DNA of 64,000 nucleotides from assembly GCA_963822445.1 (NCBI GenBank), contig CAWGHO010000003.1:1-64000 (forward strand), read 5' to 3'. The translations under genes and the position numbers were made by a program. Shown one piece after another: positions 58,641-64,000 of this stretch (within the stretch, counting starts at the first letter, position 1; each line of letters opens with the position of its first letter). Below the pieces are notes generated by a model. The model ran no database searches. It was not told the DNA's origin and saw nothing but the letters and a program-made list of their open reading frames with translations. Origin of the DNA: an uncultured Acidobacteriota bacterium. GTDB lineage: Bacteria; Acidobacteriota; Thermoanaerobaculia; Gp7-AA8.

Positions 58641-59267
58641 GTATTTCTGCCCACACTCCGGACAGAACTTCGGCGTCCCCTCCGCCTCATGCCCGCACTC
58701 CGCGCAGCCGCGTTTGGCTTGCAGGGTGTGGCCGCATTCGTGGCAGAACTTGCCGCCTTGCGTTTTCACGCCGCACTCGGGGCAGACCGCCCCGCTGATG
58801 GTCTTGATGTCGCGTTGCTTGGTCCAGTCGACGGTGCGCGCTTTCTCGTGAATCTGTTCGCGCGCGGCGTCGGCCTGGGCGGCGGCCATCTCTTCGTCGA
58901 GGTCCGGCGCGCAGGTCTCGCAGAGGCCGGCTTTCTTGTTCCAGCAGATCGGCTGGCAGACCCAGTTGCCGCAGCGCGTGCACTGCTTGAAGGTCGGCGC
59001 GATCTCGGTGACGGCGTCTTTCAGCGCGGAATCATGGGCGGGCCCGCCGACGGCCTGCTGCACCTCGTACGCACTGTCCGCGACGCGGCCGAACACGCCG
59101 CCTAACAGCCCGCCCGCGACGCGCGCGGCCGAGCCGAGCATGCCCATCTTCGAGGTCTGGAAGCTGGACATGTACCCGTTGTGGCACTTCTCGCAATAGA
59201 ACTTGAACTGGTACCCGCGATCGGTGGAGAGGTCGTCGTAGTTTCCGGTGAAGGGTATGGATGGCAT
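58638..59267 (-). CDS. Zinc-ribbon domain protein
   Basis: Multiple CxxC pairs; C-terminal double zinc ribbon (KFCHECG, KFCPECG). Confidence 0.85.
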   Translation of the reverse strand: MPSIPFTGNYDDLSTDRGYQFKFYCEKCHNGYMSSFQTSKMGMLGSAARVAGGLLGGVFGRVADSAYEVQQAVGGPAHDSALKDAVTEIAPTFKQCTRCGNWVCQPICWNKKAGLCETCAPDLDEEMAAAQADAAREQIHEKARTVDWTKQRDIKTISGAVCPECGVKTQGGKFCHECGHTLQAKRGCAECGHEAEGTPKFCPECGQKY

Positions 59268-59291
59268 ACGGCGAATTATCGTCGGTGACGC

Positions 59292-59774
59292 TTGGCTCGG
59301 CAACGCTTCGCGCGGTTTAGAATCCGACCCTTGCGTCGCGTTGCCGGTTTTCTTTCGGTTCTGACCATCGCCGCGTGTGTGTTGCCCGCGGCTCCTTCGA
59401 CCATCCGGGAATTGGCTTCCCGCGCGCGGTTTGCCACCGCGCTCCTGCCCGCGTCCGAAGCTGAGCGCCGGGTCATGGTGCTGGGATGGCCGGAACGGAT
59501 CGCCACGGAACTGCAAAAACTCGATTCCAGAGAGCCGATCGATTTCGTGATGCTCGATCCTGCCGCGCGCGACCTGGCCGTATTCACCGCGGGACTCGTC
59601 GCCCCGCGGCCGGCCCGGCTCTTCGAGGGCCGCGCGGAGTGGGAGCAGCGGAAGCCGGCGATCCTCTTTCGTGATGACCGCGCCGCGAACGCCGTTCCGG
59701 CTCCGCCGACCAGCAAGGCCGCGACGGTCGTCTTGATCGATTCCCGCCGCGAGCCGCCGATGTGGATCGAATGA
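59292..59774 (+). CDS. Hypothetical membrane-anchored protein
   Basis: N-terminal TM; ATGA-coupled to the next gene; start uncertain. Confidence 0.55.
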   Translation: MARQRFARFRIRPLRRVAGFLSVLTIAACVLPAAPSTIRELASRARFATALLPASEAERRVMVLGWPERIATELQKLDSREPIDFVMLDPAARDLAVFTAGLVAPRPARLFEGRAEWEQRKPAILFRDDRAANAVPAPPTSKAATVVLIDSRREPPMWIE

Positions 59775-60907
59775 CGCGGATGTTCCTCGCGGCGGCCGGC
59801 ATCGCCGGCACGCTGCTTTTCGTGCTCGGCGTGCTGCATGTGCCGTTGACGCGGATCACGTTCGCACTCGCCGTGATCGTTGCCGCGGCGCTGGTCATCC
59901 GCCGAAAGCCTGAATTGCCCAGCGTCGAGGACTGGCTTCCGATTGCGGTTCTGTGCATCCCGTTTGCGATCGCTGCCTACACCGTCTCCATCCTGCCGCT
60001 GGCCGATTACGACGGCCGTGTGACCTGGATGCCGAAGGCCGATGCGATCGTGCGCGAAGCATCGATCCGCGGTCCGTTTTTCATGGGCGAGCGGGGGCTG
60101 AATCTGCACAACCGCTATCCGCTGCTCGTGCCGCTCGATGTGGCGGTGATCAAGGCGTTCGGCGGCTCCGGACGGCATTTCTTCTGGCTCGTGCCGTTCG
60201 CGGCGCTGCTGTGGTGCTTCGCATTCGTGCGTAAGGAATATGGACGCGCCGCGGCGTGGCTCGTGGCGGGTCTGCCCTGGCTGCCGTCGATCGTTGCTGC
60301 GCCCGAGGGTGGGGCCATGTCTGCCTACGTCGATCTCACGGTGATGGCCTTCACCGGTGCGGCGCTGATGTCGATCGCGGATCCGCGCGCGACGGGGATG
60401 TGGCTGACGTTTCTCGTGCTGACGAAAAACGAGGGGCTGGTGATCGCGGCAGCGATCTGCGTGACGATGCTGGTGTTTCGCGGCGTGCGCCGAATCGCCT
60501 GGGTGGCCGTGCCGCCTCTCGTCGCCGCGCTGCTGCTGGCGTGGTGGCGGCGCTCGATTCCGGCCGCGTACGACGAGCAGTACGAATTGCTGATCCGCGA
60601 GCTGCCGTCGAAGCTCGATCGCCTCGACGACGCCCTCCTGGCCCTCGGCACCCAGGCGCTCGACTTCCGCCAGTGGGGTCTTTTCTGGCTGGTGACGTTG
60701 ATCTGCGCCGCGATTGCCCTGACTCGCCGATCCGTTCCGGCGCTGGTCTGCGTGCTCGTCTTCTGCGGCTATGTCGTCACCTTTGCGGTCACGAGCTGGC
60801 ACATCGAGGAACTGGCAAACGTGGCCGCGAACCGGCTCCTGACCCATCTCCTCATTCCCGCCACGCTCACGATCGCGTCGGTGGTGACAACATCACGGCC
60901 GGCATGA
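59771..60907 (+). CDS. Polytopic membrane protein, GT-C-like
   Basis: DGRVTWMPKA, YPLLVP, AYVD, TKNEG. Confidence 0.65.
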   Translation: MTRMFLAAAGIAGTLLFVLGVLHVPLTRITFALAVIVAAALVIRRKPELPSVEDWLPIAVLCIPFAIAAYTVSILPLADYDGRVTWMPKADAIVREASIRGPFFMGERGLNLHNRYPLLVPLDVAVIKAFGGSGRHFFWLVPFAALLWCFAFVRKEYGRAAAWLVAGLPWLPSIVAAPEGGAMSAYVDLTVMAFTGAALMSIADPRATGMWLTFLVLTKNEGLVIAAAICVTMLVFRGVRRIAWVAVPPLVAALLLAWWRRSIPAAYDEQYELLIRELPSKLDRLDDALLALGTQALDFRQWGLFWLVTLICAAIALTRRSVPALVCVLVFCGYVVTFAVTSWHIEELANVAANRLLTHLLIPATLTIASVVTTSRPA

Positions 60908-62745
60908 CTCGCTTTCGCGATGCTTTCGCCGCGTCGATTTTCGCGATTCTCAGCATCGCCTTCACCTGGCCGCTCGCTCTGAACATCGGACGGGCGGTCT
61001 CCGATCCGGGCGATCCCTTCGTCAACATCTGGATTCTCGACTGGGACTGGTGGGCGACGCTGCATCAGCCGTTGCAGCTGTTCCACGCGAATGCGCTTCA
61101 TCCGGCGAAGTACACGCTGGCCTTCAGCGAAAATCTCTACGGGCTGGCGATCCTGCTTTTCCCGCTGCGGATGTTCGGGGCCGGTCCGATCACCGCCTAC
61201 AACGTGGGAATGCTCGCCGGCTTCGCCTTCTGCGGCTTCGCGGCCTACCTCCTCGGCCGCCGCGTCACGGGATCCTTTGCGGCGGGACTCGCGGCGGGCG
61301 TCTTCTACGCGTTCGTGCCGTTTCGCTTCGTGCACACGTCGCACATCCAGCACATATGGGGCGGCTGGCTGCCGCTGCTTCTGCTGGCGTTGCTGATGTA
61401 CGGGGAGAAGCCGACGCCGCGCCGTGCGGCATTGTTCGCGTTCGTCTTCGCGATGAACGGCCTGACCAACATTCATTACCTGTTGTTCGGCGCCTTCGCC
61501 AGCGCGGTCACGGCAGTGCTACTCGTTCCGCGCCGCGACTGGCGCAATCTCGCGATCGCCACGGCGCTGGCGATGCTCGTTCTCGCTCCGTTTCTTTATC
61601 CGTACGCCGTCGTCGCGAAAGCGTACGGAACGCGAAGCATCGAAGAGACGCTGCGTTTCTCTGCGATTGCGTCGGACTGGATCACGAATCCGGCCGAACC
61701 GGAGCGGCGCCTGTTTCCCGGATTTGTGGCGTTGATCTGCGTTGCCGCCGCGGTTTTCGTGAAGGAAAGAGCAAAGTTGTCGCTTGGCCTCCTCTGGATC
61801 GCCATCGGCTTCCTCGGCTCACTCGGCCTGCACTTCGAGTTTCATCGCTTTCTGCACGGCGCGGTGCCCGGTTATCGCGCGATCCGCGTCCCGGCGCGGT
61901 GGGCGGTGATCGCCTATGTCGGCGCGGCGATTCTCATCGCGTTGATCACCGCGGCGCTGGCGCGGCGAAATCGGTGGCTGGCGTTCGTCGTGCCGATCGC
62001 TCTGGCGTTCGAGCTGTACCCCGGTCAGATCCGCTGGTGGCTGGCGAATCCCGAGCCGCCGCCGCTGTACCGATGGCTCGCGGCGGAATCGCGCGAGCCG
62101 ATCGCCGAGCTGCCGATGATTCCGGCTGCCGAGTATTTCTACCTCCTGCGCTCGACGGTCCATCACCGGCCCATGATCAACGGCCTCTCGGACGCGGGAC
62201 TGCCGGTGAAGGTGGATCTCTCGCTGAAGTGGGCGGTGCTGTCGGATGACTTCGTCGATGCTCTGAAAGCGGCCGGGGTGAAGCTGGTCGTGGTGCACAC
62301 GGAGATGCTCGGCGATCGCAGCGCCGAAACCCGCGCCTGGCTGCAGCGGGAGCAGGATCGCGGGCGGATCTCCCTCGTCCGCCGCTTCGAGCGCGACTGG
62401 GTCTTCGCGCTTCGCGGCGGCGGACCGCGCGCGCCGCTCGAGGCCTGGGACACATTCGGCACGCAGGCCACGACCGGCGGAATCGATTACCCGCAGGGCA
62501 CCGACGCCCGCGGCGAAGGCTACTTTTCGGGATGGGCGAAATCGCCGCACGGCATCCGCGGCGTGGAGATCGTCTTCGAGAACGGCCGGGTGCGGCATCG
62601 CGCGGGCCTGGACAAGGGCCGGTTCATCCTCTCCATCCCGCGGCGGCCGGCCAACATCCGCCGCGACACCGATTTCCAGGTCGAGATCACCGACGGGCGC
62701 GGCGTGGTCACGCGGCTGGAGTCGCGCTGGTTGCGCTGGGACTGA
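60904..62745 (+). CDS. YfhO-like / GT-C polytopic membrane protein
   Basis: GDPFVNIWILDW, LAFSE, AYN, IRVPARW, STVHHRPMINGLS. Confidence 0.7.
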   Translation: MTRFRDAFAASIFAILSIAFTWPLALNIGRAVSDPGDPFVNIWILDWDWWATLHQPLQLFHANALHPAKYTLAFSENLYGLAILLFPLRMFGAGPITAYNVGMLAGFAFCGFAAYLLGRRVTGSFAAGLAAGVFYAFVPFRFVHTSHIQHIWGGWLPLLLLALLMYGEKPTPRRAALFAFVFAMNGLTNIHYLLFGAFASAVTAVLLVPRRDWRNLAIATALAMLVLAPFLYPYAVVAKAYGTRSIEETLRFSAIASDWITNPAEPERRLFPGFVALICVAAAVFVKERAKLSLGLLWIAIGFLGSLGLHFEFHRFLHGAVPGYRAIRVPARWAVIAYVGAAILIALITAALARRNRWLAFVVPIALAFELYPGQIRWWLANPEPPPLYRWLAAESREPIAELPMIPAAEYFYLLRSTVHHRPMINGLSDAGLPVKVDLSLKWAVLSDDFVDALKAAGVKLVVVHTEMLGDRSAETRAWLQREQDRGRISLVRRFERDWVFALRGGGPRAPLEAWDTFGTQATTGGIDYPQGTDARGEGYFSGWAKSPHGIRGVEIVFENGRVRHRAGLDKGRFILSIPRRPANIRRDTDFQVEITDGRGVVTRLESRWLRWD

Positions 62746-62789
62746 CCTTTGGTAGCATCCGCCCCGTTCAACAACAGGAGGAATCACTG

Positions 62790-63623
62790 ATGCGTAAGTT
62801 CTCTCTCATCCTCGCGGTCGCGCTGATCGCGACCAGCGCGTTCGCGCAACAGGTGCGCACGCCGCGGCCGAGCCCGCAGGCGACGCTCACTCAGACCGTC
62901 GGCGTCACCGACGTCACCATCAAGTACAGCCGTCCCGGCGTCAAGGGCCGCTCGATCTGGGGCGGGCTCGTGCCGTACGACAAGGTCTGGCGTACGGGTG
63001 CGAACGAGGCCACGACGATCCAGTTCTCCGAGGACGTTTCGATCAACGGCCAGAAGCTGCCGAAAGGGACGTACAGCCTGCACACGACGCCCGGTCAGAG
63101 CGCGTGGAAGGTTCACTTCAACAGCGTCGCCGACCAGTGGGGCAGCTACAGCTACGACGCGGCCAAGGACGTTCTCGTCGTGAACGCGACGCCGCAGGCG
63201 GCGCCGCACGCCGAGTGGCTCACCTTCGAGGTTCCCGAGATGACCACCGACACCGCGAAGGTCGTCATCCGCTGGGAGAAGATCGCCGTGCCGTTCACCG
63301 TCGACACCGGCGCGACCGCGAAGGTCATGACTCAGCTTCGCAACGCGCTCAACCCTGATTGGCGCGCGCCCTACAACGCCGCGAACTTCGCGTTCCAGAA
63401 CAAGGGCGCCGCGACGGACCAGGAGATCTCCGACTGGCTGGACAGGTCGCTGGCGGTCAACCAGAACATCAGCAACCTCTGGCTGAAGGCCCAGTTCCTC
63501 CAGCGCGCCGGCAAGACGGCCGAGGCCATCAAGGCCGGCGAGGAAGCCATCGCCAAGGCCACGCCGCAGCAGGCGGATTTCGCCGGCGTGATTCGCGACA
63601 CGATCGCAGGTTGGAAGAAATAG
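62790..63623 (+). CDS. DUF2911 secreted protein with a TPR-like tail
   Basis: AGGAGG RBS; signal peptide; PRPSP, YSRPGVKGR, WRTGANEAT. Confidence 0.9.
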   Translation: MRKFSLILAVALIATSAFAQQVRTPRPSPQATLTQTVGVTDVTIKYSRPGVKGRSIWGGLVPYDKVWRTGANEATTIQFSEDVSINGQKLPKGTYSLHTTPGQSAWKVHFNSVADQWGSYSYDAAKDVLVVNATPQAAPHAEWLTFEVPEMTTDTAKVVIRWEKIAVPFTVDTGATAKVMTQLRNALNPDWRAPYNAANFAFQNKGAATDQEISDWLDRSLAVNQNISNLWLKAQFLQRAGKTAEAIKAGEEAIAKATPQQADFAGVIRDTIAGWKK

Positions 63624-63690
63624 TTACGAGGTCACGGGGTTGCGGGGTTACGAGGTCCCCGCACCCCGAAACCTCGTAACCCCGAAACCC
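63621..63690. repeat. Inverted octamer tandem-repeat element
   Basis: TAGTTACGAGGTCACGGGGTTGCGGGGTTACGAGG...CCCCGAAACCTCGTAACCCCGAAACC. Confidence 0.8.
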
Positions 63691-64000
63691 AGGAACCACT
63701 GAATCAGCAGCGCCGAGACCACTCCCACCACACACCCCACCACGTTCCACCACAACCAGGCCATGCTCGTGTTCGCGGCGCAGTAGAGCACCGCGCCGAG
63801 CGCGATCAGCGCCGCCGAGAACGCGGCCGTTCCCTTCACGTGCGGCAGGTAGAACGCGATCAGGAAGACGGCCAGCATCGTCCCGTAGAAGATCGAGCCG
63901 ACCTTGTTGACCGCTTCGATCAGCGATCCGAGGCGGTTCGCGTACATGGCGAAGGCGATGGAGAACAACCCCCAGAACACGGTCATCGCTTTCGAGAGCA
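63648..64000 (-). CDS. Sodium:solute symporter family protein, C-terminal part (runs off the window)
   Basis: TVFWG, SLIEAVNKVGSIFYG, WLWWNVVGC. Confidence 0.8.
   Translation of the reverse strand, partial: LSKAMTVFWGLFSIAFAMYANRLGSLIEAVNKVGSIFYGTMLAVFLIAFYLPHVKGTAAFSAALIALGAVLYCAANTSMAWLWWNVVGCVVGVVSALLIQWFLGFGVTRFRGAGTS

Overview
High-GC bacterial chromosome segment with about 55 protein-coding genes and no rRNA, tRNA, CRISPR array or transposase that I can see. Arg-rich motifs on secreted proteins and the repeat families suggest Acidobacteriota, probably Thermoanaerobaculia (inference). Housekeeping genes include groES-groEL with a perfect CIRCE, corA, ald, ddl, a DEAD-box helicase, a fused 2-oxoacid dehydrogenase E1, a 5'-nucleotidase and a TonB-dependent receptor. 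The most interesting signals are: (1) a sigma54-driven operon encoding a VIT-vWA protein with a GlyGly-CTERM tail, a rhombosortase running into a lipoprotein-like module and a permuted NlpC/P60 (YiiX/YebB-like) hydrolase, divergent from a sigma54 activator; (2) a short Arg-rich motif at the free C- or N-terminus of five secreted proteases or protease-related proteins, a candidate sorting or surface-retention signal; (3) a consensus sigma54 promoter followed about 75 nt later by an intrinsic terminator, a candidate sRNA containing an anti-SD hexamer; (4) a decayed integron-cassette array (attC-like sites, no integrase) downstream of groEL carrying an HNH nuclease; (5) a DAIP-like propeller facing a secreted metallopeptidase; (6) a membrane-anchored stand-alone DnaK subdomain; (7) several palindromic and short-tandem repeat families that supply stop codons or lie inside coding frames. 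Several genes (0.5-4.8 kb, about 14.9 kb, about 49.3-49.6 kb) are broken by indels that look more like sequencing or assembly error than decay. All family assignments come from motif recognition, not from database searches.
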